A stretch of 64,000 nucleotides of DNA from positions 128,001 to 192,000 of IMG/VR virus record IMGVR_UViG_3300014206_000007; one strand, written 5' to 3'. The position numbers and the translations under genes were made by a program. This DNA is from a virus. Taxonomy: Duplodnaviria; Caudoviricetes. The notes under the pieces were generated by a model, which ran no database searches, had not been told where the DNA came from, and saw nothing but the letters and a program-made list of their open reading frames with translations. Below, piece after piece: positions 9,792 through 19,941 of the stretch. Numbering within the stretch: position 1 is the first letter of the stretch; the number at the start of each line of letters is the position of its first letter.

Positions 9792-10958
9792 TTACATATA
9801 TTTAACTATAGTTATTGATTTTTTTGCTCTGGATACTGCAGTATAACTAGCCTTTCTATTTAAGTCTTTATCCCAGAAAAATTCATCTATGAATAATACA
9901 TTATCGGCTTCAGAGCCTTGTGATAGATGACTAGTGATAGCATAACCATATTCAAACTTATTAAAATTACTCATACCATATTCATTTCTTTCATTAAACT
10001 CTAGTCTGATATACTTATAGTCTAATTCAACATCTTCAAATACTTCAGTATCTAGAAAGTCTGGTCTAAAATCAATTGATAGATATCCCTTATATAAAGA
10101 ACTTTTATCAATAGATTCAACATAACCAATTAATCCGTTAGTTAGAAAGAATTGTCCAATATAATGATCTCTATTATTTTGACGACATATAAGTTTATCT
10201 CCAATAACAGGGTCTATTGATGTTCGGTGTAGAACATCTTCCCTTATCTTGCGATTTAACATCTCTCTTGTCTTATTTTTCTTGCAAATTATCATATCAT
10301 AATCAGTTAAAAGCGACTTATCGATTGAATGATAATCAATTACTCTTGATGCCCCATATGTCCCAGTTCTTATTGGTTCACCTTTTAATATCATTTGAGT
10401 AAACATTACTATTGGGTCATTTTCTTTTTGTCGCATTAATTGAGTCAATATGAAATCAGGTTTTAACATTACCGATGAGATTCCAAATACTGGTGGCAAT
10501 TGATTTATATCACCAATGAAAACTACTGGAATACCAAATGATAAAATCAAATCTTTCATCTTATCATTTACCATTGTAGCTTCATCAATAATAATCAATT
10601 TTAAATTTGGGTCTAATTTATCTTTTAATGCAAATTTTAATCTAATTTTTGGTTTTTCCGTCGAATTTGCTGGAGGATTAATTACCTCTGGATAGACATT
10701 GTATATTAAAGAATGAATAGTTGATGCTCTCAACCCCTTTCTTAATAATACTAAAACGGCTTTTCCTACATAAGCTGCAGTAATAAACTCATCTTCTTTT
10801 AATTTTAATTCATCTATAAGAGCATTTATTACTGTAGTTTTTCCAGTACCAGGGGCACCGGAATATGCAAAATATGGCTTTACTCTTTTAAAATACCATG
10901 ATTTTAATTTTTGAATCAGTATTTTTTGCTCATCGGTTAAAATTATATCTGGTTCCAA
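9792..10958 (-). CDS. SF1B helicase, Dda/RecD-like
   Basis: GAPGTGKT, IIDEATMV, GDINQLPPV, LTQLMRQ, YAITSHLSQGSE, YTAVSRAK. Confidence 0.92.
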   Translation of the reverse strand: MEPDIILTDEQKILIQKLKSWYFKRVKPYFAYSGAPGTGKTTVINALIDELKLKEDEFITAAYVGKAVLVLLRKGLRASTIHSLIYNVYPEVINPPANSTEKPKIRLKFALKDKLDPNLKLIIIDEATMVNDKMKDLILSFGIPVVFIGDINQLPPVFGISSVMLKPDFILTQLMRQKENDPIVMFTQMILKGEPIRTGTYGASRVIDYHSIDKSLLTDYDMIICKKNKTREMLNRKIREDVLHRTSIDPVIGDKLICRQNNRDHYIGQFFLTNGLIGYVESIDKSSLYKGYLSIDFRPDFLDTEVFEDVELDYKYIRLEFNERNEYGMSNFNKFEYGYAITSHLSQGSEADNVLFIDEFFWDKDLNRKASYTAVSRAKKSITIVKYM

Positions 10959-11070
10959 TCATATCACATCCTTACTCTATTTTATTATGCTCTTTATAAT
11001 TTAGATTTTATTATAGTAGAACCTTTTATTAATATAATAATATATAATGCAAAATGAGGTGAGGTGTTTT

Positions 11071-11454
11071 ATGAATATATTTAATCCTTCAAACATAGAA
11101 AAATGGGAACTTGGTGATACTGAAATTGGTAGAATTTGTATATCCCCAAGAGTATATGCAAATAGTAATTTACAGTTAAATATACCAAAGTTAATGCCAT
11201 TAATTCCGTTAGGAAGACCAAAAGTAACTAACATTTCTCTCTCAAATAGTTGTTATGCAAATGCTAATAATATAGCAATATCAAGAACTATTGGGACACA
11301 GAATTTTATTACTGTATCGCATCAAGCAAATAGATCATTTAGTAATGAATATTTGTCATATGGAGATACTGTATTAGTCGAGGTTCATAATAAGAACCCT
11401 GATACTATATTTTTATCTACAAAAATAGATAGTTCGTACAATTTATATGACTAG
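11071..11454 (+). CDS. Hypothetical virion protein (possibly baseplate OB-fold)
   Basis: Start moved to ATG 11071 behind GAGGTG. Lies next to a gp53-like gene. Fold assignment is weak. Confidence 0.45.
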   Translation: MNIFNPSNIEKWELGDTEIGRICISPRVYANSNLQLNIPKLMPLIPLGRPKVTNISLSNSCYANANNIAISRTIGTQNFITVSHQANRSFSNEYLSYGDTVLVEVHNKNPDTIFLSTKIDSSYNLYD

Positions 11455-11465
11455 GAGGTTGGTCT

Positions 11466-11903
11466 ATGATGCAAATGGGAAAGGAGTACACTATTGAAGA
11501 GTTTATCAAGGAATATAACCAAGAAACTATCAATTATGGTACTCTGCACTTAAAAGAAGTATTTCAAAAAGATGATGGCAACTTAAGCATTTTAAGTTCA
11601 GAATCAGTACTAAGCAATTATGATGATGAATTAAAAAAATATGTAGTTACATTGACATTAACCGATAGCGAATTTAATAAGTTTCAATATAATCCAAAAT
11701 TTTTATCTTTTGAATTATATAATACTACTGAACTATGGTTTATGTTATTACATGCTAATGAATTATATTATTCTGGGCAATTTGATATAAACCCAATAAA
11801 GGTATATTCATCCGATATCGTCAATATAATTGATAGAATACTAAATCTAGAAAAGCAATATATTGATTTAAATAGAGAGGACGTAAGTGCTCAACTAGGA
11901 TAA
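11466..11903 (+). CDS. Baseplate wedge protein, T4 gp53/LysM-like
   Basis: YNPKFLSFELYNTTELWFMLLHAN resembles the gp53-family P..LS..LY....LW...L.AN motif. Confidence 0.7.
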   Translation: MMQMGKEYTIEEFIKEYNQETINYGTLHLKEVFQKDDGNLSILSSESVLSNYDDELKKYVVTLTLTDSEFNKFQYNPKFLSFELYNTTELWFMLLHANELYYSGQFDINPIKVYSSDIVNIIDRILNLEKQYIDLNREDVSAQLG

Positions 11904-11936
11904 AAAAAGAACTATGCACAATGCATAGTTCTTTTT
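11903..11936. terminator. Bidirectional terminator between convergent genes
   Basis: aaaaagaactatgca / tgcatagttcttttt. Confidence 0.85.
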
Positions 11937-11946
11937 ATTTCTTATA

Positions 11947-13605
11947 TTATGCACTCTTTAATAATCCAGTCATTTCAATTGACTTTAATACTGAATTATT
12001 TCCAGTTGCATTCATTTTTGTTACTTTAGGTCTTGATACAGAGCCATCTTTTAATTCTTTTTCAGCTATTGACTCTAAATCACTTGCCAATGATATAACT
12101 GATACTGGCTTATCTTTATCGACATCAACTGCTAATCTTATATTCTTTTCATTTACGAATGGATGATTAAAATAATCCACTGATATTGGGTCTTTCTTAC
12201 CTCTAATTTTCAATCGTTTAAATGTTAAGAATAAATTATTTGTTGATTTTTGCAATTCAAGATTTATTAAACCTACCCAGTCAGATTCTTCGATTAAATC
12301 CCAACATACTCCAACCGATGATGTTCCTATGAATTGAGCAACATCTTGTTTATTATCTCTCATTGCGGCATCTATAATAGAATTCCCCTCTCTATTAATC
12401 TGCATCGCTGTTATTACTGGTATTTCAAAGAATTGTGCTAATGATTTTAATTCTTTAGAAGCATATGATATTCTAATTCTTTCCTCACCATTATTATCAT
12501 GAGTTGACTCTATTCTTTTAATATAGTCTAATAGTACACATATTACTTCTTTACCAACATCTTCCAATTCTTTTATTACTGTATAGATATATGAAGTATT
12601 AATCTCTAAATTAGCAAAGTATCTTATTTCAATATCAATACCTGTATAATCATTAAACATGAATTTTCCATTTTCTTGTAGTATCTTAACTACGTCTTCC
12701 GGAGTTTTGTCATACAATTCATCATTTACTTCACTATACATATCATACAGTCTAAGCACTGTTTCCTCTATAGAGTTTTCCATAGTTATAAATAATATCG
12801 TTTTTCTCATTCCATTTTCGAATGGTTTTATCTGCGGGTTATAAAGTCTTATCTGGTCCGCAATATTTAATAGTGTTCCAGATTTAAACTTACCCGTTCC
12901 CCCTAATATAGTATATAGTCTTCCAGATTGAAATCCGGGGGATAGTATTGCGTTTAGTTGCCTAATTCCAGTTTGTAATATGGATGATGGTCTTTTTGCT
13001 TTATCAACGATTATTCTCATTAAATCTTCGAAATTATCGTTTGAAAAGTTAAATGACCTTAATAATCCATTTCCAATTGCTGAATTTTGAATATTTACTA
13101 ATAAATTACTTAATTTTCCTTTTAATTCGTTCATAACCGCAAAATATGATACTTGATTTGGGTTATCGAGTTTTTCTAATAATTCTATAATTGCATCTTT
13201 TTCTTTAAATACGTATAAATATTGCAACCTTTCATTGATTGCTTTTGATATAAATTCTGTTTCAGATTTACTTAATTGATTAGGGGTTAAAGATACTGAT
13301 TTTAATATTTCCTCAAACCCCTGATTGTTATTTAATATGAATGAAATGATTACATTTTCATCCTTCAAATTATTTACAACTGTTGCTTCACAAAGTGATT
13401 TAACTAGTTTTACTTTATCCTGTATATCAGGACTATAATTATATGCCTCTGCATCGACATATTTCATCAATTTATTTAAATTTATTAATTGATTATTTGA
13501 AATAAATTCACATCTTATATATTTAATTAACGAATTTAACATCGCTATATCAAATTTTATATTAATAGTATCGCTATTTTCGGTACGACGTTTGACTTTC
13601 GGCAT
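11947..13605 (-). CDS. dnaB: Replicative DnaB-like (SF4) helicase
   Basis: TGIRQLN, GGTGKFKS Walker A, FITMEN, LDYIKR, LKSLAQ..IPVITAMQINR. Confidence 0.9.
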   Translation of the reverse strand: MPKVKRRTENSDTINIKFDIAMLNSLIKYIRCEFISNNQLINLNKLMKYVDAEAYNYSPDIQDKVKLVKSLCEATVVNNLKDENVIISFILNNNQGFEEILKSVSLTPNQLSKSETEFISKAINERLQYLYVFKEKDAIIELLEKLDNPNQVSYFAVMNELKGKLSNLLVNIQNSAIGNGLLRSFNFSNDNFEDLMRIIVDKAKRPSSILQTGIRQLNAILSPGFQSGRLYTILGGTGKFKSGTLLNIADQIRLYNPQIKPFENGMRKTILFITMENSIEETVLRLYDMYSEVNDELYDKTPEDVVKILQENGKFMFNDYTGIDIEIRYFANLEINTSYIYTVIKELEDVGKEVICVLLDYIKRIESTHDNNGEERIRISYASKELKSLAQFFEIPVITAMQINREGNSIIDAAMRDNKQDVAQFIGTSSVGVCWDLIEESDWVGLINLELQKSTNNLFLTFKRLKIRGKKDPISVDYFNHPFVNEKNIRLAVDVDKDKPVSVISLASDLESIAEKELKDGSVSRPKVTKMNATGNNSVLKSIEMTGLLKSA

Positions 13606-13655
13606 TTGTCCCCCTCCTCCAAATTATGATTGTATTTCTCCTATTTTTAATAAGT

Positions 13656-13667
13656 TATCCGACTGTT
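13656..13667 (-). promoter_or_regulatory. Late-type phage promoter AACA-N6-TA
   Basis: AACA-GTCGGA-TA upstream of dnaB. Confidence 0.55.
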
Positions 13668-13693
13668 TTAAATCAATTTTTTTCTAGAAATAG

Positions 13694-14287
13694 TTACTGC
13701 TCTATGTTTTTATAGAGCAGTAATAAATCTGGATTAATTTCATTAATAACTGCCATAACTCTCGGAGATAATTTCTCAAAATATACACAAACGTTTGAAT
13801 CTCTTTTAATTGCTTCAAGAATCAAATCATCTGGAGGATTATTAATATATTTAATACAAGCAGGATTCTCATTGATAAGATTTTTAATATAATCATATCG
13901 AAGATCCTTAAATTCGAAATTTTGTAATAAAGATGGATCTGCACTAAATGCTTTTTCTTTAAGTCCTTCGTCCAGTATTTCCTCTGGAACATACATAATT
14001 GACTTAGGACAATTATTGGTGGCTATATATGCCATTTTTCTAGTAATTTTTATGTCAGTAAACTTTTTTCTTATGTATTTTAAATTATGCCCATCAATAC
14101 CAAGAGCAAACTCACACATCTGTTCAGATGGTGCTTTCATATGTTTAAAAATTCCAGGTTCTCTTTCGATACAAAACTTCCATACATCATCATCAATATA
14201 TTTATTTTTGAATAATAGTATAGCAGTCGGGTCATCGACTAACAAGTTTAAAACTTTGTATTTCATTGATTCATTATTCTCAATCAT
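13694..14287 (-). CDS. Helical-repeat protein (DUF4116-like)
   Basis: Repeats of the type A...D...LKYI / NP.CIKYI.NP. Confidence 0.55.
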   Translation of the reverse strand: MIENNESMKYKVLNLLVDDPTAILLFKNKYIDDDVWKFCIEREPGIFKHMKAPSEQMCEFALGIDGHNLKYIRKKFTDIKITRKMAYIATNNCPKSIMYVPEEILDEGLKEKAFSADPSLLQNFEFKDLRYDYIKNLINENPACIKYINNPPDDLILEAIKRDSNVCVYFEKLSPRVMAVINEINPDLLLLYKNIEQ

Positions 14288-14302
14288 ACATTTCCCGCCC
14301 CT

Positions 14303-14728
14303 TTATTTTAGTTTACATACTAATATCTCAATATCAGTATCACCAAACACTTTAAAAATTAAAAGTTTTACTTTATCCCAATCTAGTTTATCTAAATTAG
14401 ATGCGATTGTTGGCATTGCTATCTTATTAATACTACTTATGACACATATATCTCTCATAAATATTAGTGCTTTTTCTACACTTTGATAAGTCGGTTTATC
14501 GTAATATCTTGCTTTAGTTATTAAATTTATTATTCTTTTTACTCGAATGCATACAGGATGCTTTCGAGTTTCTATTGGATATTGTAATAATGTTTCTCTT
14601 ACATGAAAACGTGATTCTATTGAGGCAGCTATTCCTGCACCCATTGCACAATCACTACTTATACAATGGGCTATATAATATGATTGGTCCACTGTAAATA
14701 TATCTTTTTTAATTTCACTAAATTTCAC
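14303..14728 (-). CDS. Macrodomain ADP-ribosyl hydrolase, TARG1/Poa1/DarG-like
   Basis: DIF, IAHCISSDCAMGAGIA, NLITK..Y.KPTY, IAMP.IAS.LDKLDW. The start is GTG. Confidence 0.88.
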   Translation of the reverse strand: MKFSEIKKDIFTVDQSYYIAHCISSDCAMGAGIAASIESRFHVRETLLQYPIETRKHPVCIRVKRIINLITKARYYDKPTYQSVEKALIFMRDICVISSINKIAMPTIASNLDKLDWDKVKLLIFKVFGDTDIEILVCKLK

Positions 14729-14844
14729 AACGTCATCTCCTATTTTCTTATTTTAATCGTCATGTAAATAATATATATCTAATTGTCGGCTCTAACTTTT
14801 TTTTATAAAATGCATAAAAAAAGAAGACAATCATTGTCTTCTTT

Positions 14845-15999
14845 TTATGTTATATATTTATTGACTACTTTTTGAATTTTATCAATTGGAATTTCCTTAT
14901 TCTTATATTCCAAAATGAATTTTTGAATTACTTCTGCTTTACTTAATGATTTATCAAAAATAAATTCATATTTATTTTTTACTTCAGTATTTCTCTTTTT
15001 CTTTTCATCTTTTTTATTTGACTTAAGCTTATTCTTAGTTACAATTTTTACAGATTTATTATTAATAAAATATTGTTTGATTGACATAATGAATGTATCA
15101 TTAATATCTTTTTCATCTGTAATATTAATTACAACACGGATCTTTTGCTTTTTGTCTTTACTAATTTCATGGTCAATATTTTTAATAAATGCAGTATAAT
15201 CTTGAATTATAGTATACATATGTGTATCGATATTATATGTTATATAATCCATCGCAAATTCATTTTTAATCTTTTTATAAAAATATTTATTTGTATCTGT
15301 ATCAATTTGAATAAATCCAAATCCTTTACTTTGCATTTCATTAAACGACCATCTATCATAACTTCCTATATAAATTAATGAATCTAATTCGGTTCCATCA
15401 TGCCAGTGCCCTGCAACCATAGGGCCTTGAATTATTTTAGACCAGAAATTGTATTCATAAATTATACTCTTCATTGAAGTTTCTTCTGATAATTGCACAA
15501 CTATATCAGGCAATACAATATCAAAACTTCCATGAAAGAATCCGATATTAGGAAACTTCAATAAATTATCGATATATTTTACCTTATAGTCTTTTGCATT
15601 AATATTTTCATCAGGACAGTATAAACACTTTAATTCAGGAAGAGTTTCTTCATAAGTATTAACATTGAATATTTTAAAGAATCCAGATTCATCTTCTAGC
15701 TCTCTAAATGATTCAAGCTGCTCATTATCATGCTCTTTTGTCCCTTTTATTACTCTGATCTTTTTAACCCCATTCTGCTTAGCAGTGGAGTATAATCTAT
15801 TCATCCATTGTATCGCACTGATTGCAGATTGACTATTGAGTGGAAGTTGCGAGTGGAAATAATCCCCTAATATAACAACTAAATCAATATTTCTATATCT
15901 TTGTAAAAATATCAAAAATAATTCTAGATTTTCATATTGTAATTGAGGTTCCATTACTCCGTAATGTACATCGGCTAAAGTAAGAATATTATATTTCAA
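14845..15999 (-). CDS. sbcD: SbcD/Mre11-like metallophosphoesterase nuclease
   Basis: ADVHYG, LGDYFH, GTKEHD, FHG and GHWH motifs. Confidence 0.85.
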   Translation of the reverse strand: MKYNILTLADVHYGVMEPQLQYENLELFLIFLQRYRNIDLVVILGDYFHSQLPLNSQSAISAIQWMNRLYSTAKQNGVKKIRVIKGTKEHDNEQLESFRELEDESGFFKIFNVNTYEETLPELKCLYCPDENINAKDYKVKYIDNLLKFPNIGFFHGSFDIVLPDIVVQLSEETSMKSIIYEYNFWSKIIQGPMVAGHWHDGTELDSLIYIGSYDRWSFNEMQSKGFGFIQIDTDTNKYFYKKIKNEFAMDYITYNIDTHMYTIIQDYTAFIKNIDHEISKDKKQKIRVVINITDEKDINDTFIMSIKQYFINNKSVKIVTKNKLKSNKKDEKKKRNTEVKNKYEFIFDKSLSKAEVIQKFILEYKNKEIPIDKIQKVVNKYIT

Positions 16000-16080
16000 A
16001 TGTCTACCTCCTTATATAAAATCGGAATATACGAACTTAATATAATGTAAGATCGTATATTCAATTTTAAGTTGTAATAA

Positions 16081-16461
16081 TTAAAAGCCTATTGTAATTG
16101 ATTTCTTTTCAGCTGAATTAGAGTCAAAAGCATTATCATATGTTATCTCTCTGACTAATGTTATAAAATTAGGAATATTAACCATTTCAGTCTCTGCTGA
16201 GACATATGTTATTAAAATAGCATAAGCCGATTCCTCGGAATAAATTTCTAGTATAAAATGATCAGTAAGATCAAAAAGTTTATCGTAATAATCAAAACAA
16301 TATACTTGCTTTTGTGATAATTTATCAACATCTATTATATCTTCCCAACAACAATTCTTTTTTATACATTCTTTAATTAGATCTACCCAATAACAGTTCT
16401 TTTTGATATATTCAATATCAGGCATCATTATAAGAAATTTTCTTTCAAATATAGGGTTCAT
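16081..16461 (-). CDS. Degenerate CYTH-like protein
   Basis: N-terminal FERKFLI and C-terminal IP.FI..VREIT.D..F.. resemble the ends of a CYTH domain. Confidence 0.45.
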   Translation of the reverse strand: MNPIFERKFLIMMPDIEYIKKNCYWVDLIKECIKKNCCWEDIIDVDKLSQKQVYCFDYYDKLFDLTDHFILEIYSEESAYAILITYVSAETEMVNIPNFITLVREITYDNAFDSNSAEKKSITIGF

Positions 16462-17759
16462 CGTTTCTCCTCTTTCACTTTTTTAGTAAGTGCTATAAAT
16501 GCATAATTTTGGGTTTCGTTTATTAGTTCGATATTATATCTTTTAAAAGTTTCTTCTTTAGAAATAATATTTATAGCATCAGTAAAATTCTTATCTGGAT
16601 CATAGACATATCCAAAATATTTAAGCTTGCTAAACGGATTCATTGATTTATAAATATTAATTATATTATCTTTTTTAAACTTACTCTTTAAAAATCTTGC
16701 TATTTTTCTATCTTTATTCTTTACATTGTCTGGCAATTTCGTTTTAGAAAATAGACAAAGTGTATTTAAGAATGAATAACTACTCATTACTTGCCCAATA
16801 TTTGATCGTATTATATCAAAATCATGAGCGCATTCACGATGAATACAATATTCATGATAAAAATATCTAACAATCTCTTCTGGTAAGCATGGATTTTTAT
16901 CATCTTTTTCTATTACCAGTTTAGATGTTGATACATAGTCTATTTTTAAATTGTCAATTTTATTTATTTTATAATATGCATGTATAGTTAAATTATACTT
17001 TATTGAAGGAAGTGCATCATCGATAGTATCTTTAATTTTTGATAAATATTCAATTGCAGCTTCTGCTGTCATATTGCCATCAAATTCCTCATATTCATCA
17101 TCATACTCCTCTTCTTCATCATCAAATCCGTCATATAAACTATTCTCATACACAGGTGTCTTTGTAACAAAAAATACTGAATCAAATTCAACTTTAATCA
17201 TTTGAGTTGGATTTATTTCGGCATTAAATTTTGCTTCAATTGGAAGCATTATTGCATCATATATATTATCACCACTAATAATCTGTGGGCTTGCTCCAAT
17301 TAAACTTAGATTAACCGCATATACATTATTTTCAATATAATTAGTTTCCATATTAAAATCGCCATAGATTTTATAATATTTAATTAAATATGGATATTGA
17401 ATTCCATTTATTGTGATTGGATAGAAATCAGAACTACTAATTTCATTTTTTAAATCCTGTATCGAATCTGATACAGTGACTTCGTCAATAATAGTTAATT
17501 CTATTACCATTTTATAAGTTTTTGCCTCTTCGGTTACTAGATATCCATTAATCTTAGTAATCCCTTTATTTAAAAATAATGATAAATTAAATCTCGTTTT
17601 ATCATTATATATTATTTCGTTAATAAAATCTGATGGATCAATTTTCTTATTTGGATAAACCTCGTAAATCATTTTATCAAATGTATGTCCTTGATATTTA
17701 AATATAAAATTATTATACGCAATATCAGTTATTATAGATTTTTCATTCATGATATCCAC
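16458..17759 (-). CDS. Hypothetical protein with internal acidic tract
   Basis: 433-aa ORF with GGGGAG RBS. Confidence 0.75.
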   Translation of the reverse strand: MDIMNEKSIITDIAYNNFIFKYQGHTFDKMIYEVYPNKKIDPSDFINEIIYNDKTRFNLSLFLNKGITKINGYLVTEEAKTYKMVIELTIIDEVTVSDSIQDLKNEISSSDFYPITINGIQYPYLIKYYKIYGDFNMETNYIENNVYAVNLSLIGASPQIISGDNIYDAIMLPIEAKFNAEINPTQMIKVEFDSVFFVTKTPVYENSLYDGFDDEEEEYDDEYEEFDGNMTAEAAIEYLSKIKDTIDDALPSIKYNLTIHAYYKINKIDNLKIDYVSTSKLVIEKDDKNPCLPEEIVRYFYHEYCIHRECAHDFDIIRSNIGQVMSSYSFLNTLCLFSKTKLPDNVKNKDRKIARFLKSKFKKDNIINIYKSMNPFSKLKYFGYVYDPDKNFTDAINIISKEETFKRYNIELINETQNYAFIALTKKVKEEKR

Positions 17760-17855
17760 ACTCCCCTAATAAAAATGATTGATATTTAATTATTATAAAG
17801 TTTACAATTTTTTAATATTATATAAATATAATATATAATTAAAGAGGTGAAGTAA

Positions 17856-18509
17856 TTGCATATTTATGAACTAGATGGTGAAAAGTACCCATCCGTTACA
17901 ACTATTTTAAAGATTATTTCTGGTAATCCAGAATTAATGAAGTGGGCAAATTACATGGGATTTAAAAGAAAGGATATAACAAAAGTTCTTGAAGAAAGTG
18001 CATCGTTCGGTACACTGGTACATTCTAATTTACAAGCAATTGTAGATCCAAATGCCCCAATTCCTATTAAACCAAAGGATGCATTAGAAGCATATTCATT
18101 AAATAAAATAACTAGTCATTTTAATAAATATTTTAAGGATATACATTACACTACAATTTTTAGTGAAAAGACTATAATATCACCCGAACTTGGATATGCT
18201 GGAACATTAGACTGGCTTGTTAAAATTAAAGATATGACAGTTCTACTTGATTTCAAAACTTCGAAGATGCCAAGACCAAGTATGTATCTACAATTGGGCG
18301 GATACTACAATCTGTTAAAAACTCTGGGTATTGATGCTGATATAGCAGCAATCATTATAATCAATGAAAAAGGATGTGCTTTACATCCAATATCCAAAGA
18401 TGCCATTATATATAATGGAAGACTTTTTAATTTACTATTTAATTTCTATAAAGAATGGAGTGGTGAAATAGAACCAGACTATAAACTCATACCATATTTC
18501 TTTGGTTAA
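17856..18509 (+). CDS. PD-(D/E)XK exonuclease (Cas4/RecB-like phage family)
   Basis: YPSVTTIL, GT.VH, YAGTLD..., LLDFKTS and QLGGY motifs. Confidence 0.85.
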   Translation: MHIYELDGEKYPSVTTILKIISGNPELMKWANYMGFKRKDITKVLEESASFGTLVHSNLQAIVDPNAPIPIKPKDALEAYSLNKITSHFNKYFKDIHYTTIFSEKTIISPELGYAGTLDWLVKIKDMTVLLDFKTSKMPRPSMYLQLGGYYNLLKTLGIDADIAAIIIINEKGCALHPISKDAIIYNGRLFNLLFNFYKEWSGEIEPDYKLIPYFFG

Positions 18510-18510
18510 A

Positions 18511-18522
18511 AACAATGGGATA
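18511..18522 (+). promoter_or_regulatory. Late-type phage promoter AACA-N6-TA
   Basis: AACA-ATGGGA-TA upstream of 18552. Confidence 0.6.
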
Positions 18523-18551
18523 AATTAATAAATGAATTCAAATAAAATTAA

Positions 18552-19562
18552 ATGAAAGGTAGTGAATATATAATGAGAACATTTACAGAATCTGATATAT
18601 TCGAATATTTAGATAAAGGAAATGTGCTACAGAATAAGATGTTTAAGATATTATCAGGTGAATCCGATGTAATAATCTTAAATAATAAATTGGAATCTGA
18701 TATTAAATCTATGCTTAAAATTTTCAAGGAACCGATTACATTAAAAACTGTTAATGCAATTAATTCTGGTGAAATTTTATTAGTAAAATTACCAATTGAT
18801 GTAAATTTACCAGAATGCTTACCATACATTAAGCATAGAAAAGATAACAAGGAAAGAATTATAGTTAATGTAACTAAATACGTTACTGAGGTTAAGGATA
18901 GAGAAACTGGAGATGTTGATTATAGTATTGACATAAAGAAATTATATTCTCTCTGTGTTCCAGGATACTTATATCTAAAATTATTTGATAAAGCATATAC
19001 TCCTTCTCCAGATGCTATGAAAATTTCAGCAATTATGTGGGCTAGAATGTTCAATAAGGTTCTTATAAGAACTATTGGTCTTACTACTAATAAAGAAAGA
19101 TATGAAGCATTTATGTATTTTGGAATAAAATTCTTCTTAAAATACTATTTGAATGCATCAGATATGGTAGTTGAGAATATTTCTAATGGATATCTAGTTA
19201 ATGGAAAAGGATATCTCATTGATTATATGGAAAATAAGGTAAAAGATTTAAATCTAGATCCTTACAAATCATTCTCTGATTTCTGTGCTACACTTTTCAA
19301 TAATGAAGTAAGTAATATAAAAGGGGTAAAGATTAATAATCTAGAAGAAAAAATTAATCTAAGTTTCTATTTAAGAAAATTCATTGATATGTATAACATA
19401 TCAGCAACTATGGCATTATCAAGTTATCCATTCTTCATATTTACTGTATTTTCAGCATTTAATTGGGCTAACATATGCAATGACAGAGCATTTGAAGATA
19501 TCGTATATTATGACAAGAAAGATATGCCTAAGTTATTAGTAGCATTATATAAAGATTTATAA
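18552..19562 (+). CDS. Hypothetical protein, probably late/virion
   Basis: 336-aa ORF with an upstream late-type motif and a downstream terminator. Confidence 0.75.
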   Translation: MKGSEYIMRTFTESDIFEYLDKGNVLQNKMFKILSGESDVIILNNKLESDIKSMLKIFKEPITLKTVNAINSGEILLVKLPIDVNLPECLPYIKHRKDNKERIIVNVTKYVTEVKDRETGDVDYSIDIKKLYSLCVPGYLYLKLFDKAYTPSPDAMKISAIMWARMFNKVLIRTIGLTTNKERYEAFMYFGIKFFLKYYLNASDMVVENISNGYLVNGKGYLIDYMENKVKDLNLDPYKSFSDFCATLFNNEVSNIKGVKINNLEEKINLSFYLRKFIDMYNISATMALSSYPFFIFTVFSAFNWANICNDRAFEDIVYYDKKDMPKLLVALYKDL

Positions 19563-19619
19563 TAATAAATAAAGACTATGCATACACATAGTCTTTATTT
19601 TAATTTTTAGGAGGGATAA

Positions 19620-19838
19620 ATGGATAATAATATAATAAGCATTGATGCATTATATGAAGATAGAGATAATGAGGATTTAGATAACCTTATTGAAGAAGGT
19701 ATAATCATGACAAAAAATATGATTGATCATGTAAGGACTGCTGCATTAGATAATAATAGTGTAGAGACAAAGAGGAAATATTTAGTAAAAATAGTTGAAC
19801 TAAATGAATCCTTATTAGATATGCTTGAAAAAGAATAA
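19620..19838 (+). CDS. Hypothetical protein
   Basis: AGGAGG RBS. Confidence 0.7.
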   Translation: MDNNIISIDALYEDRDNEDLDNLIEEGIIMTKNMIDHVRTAALDNNSVETKRKYLVKIVELNESLLDMLEKE

Positions 19839-19873
19839 AAAATAGGAGGATATAAAAGTATCCTCCTATTTTT
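19837..19873 (+). terminator. Intrinsic terminator
   Basis: aaaataggaggata / tatcctcctatttt. Confidence 0.8.
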
Positions 19874-19892
19874 ACCACGAATTAATACAAAA

Positions 19893-19904
19893 AACAATCT
19901 CATA
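19893..19904 (+). promoter_or_regulatory. Late-type phage promoter AACA-N6-TA
   Basis: AACA-ATCTCA-TA upstream of 19942. Confidence 0.6.
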
Positions 19905-19941
19905 ATCAATATACATATACCGAAAGAAAGGGGTAGTTATT

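Noticed and set aside
17856-18509. Cas4-like nuclease as part of a CRISPR system
   Set aside because: No repeat-spacer array or other cas genes, and no four-Cys Fe-S motif. Solo nucleases of this kind are common in phages.
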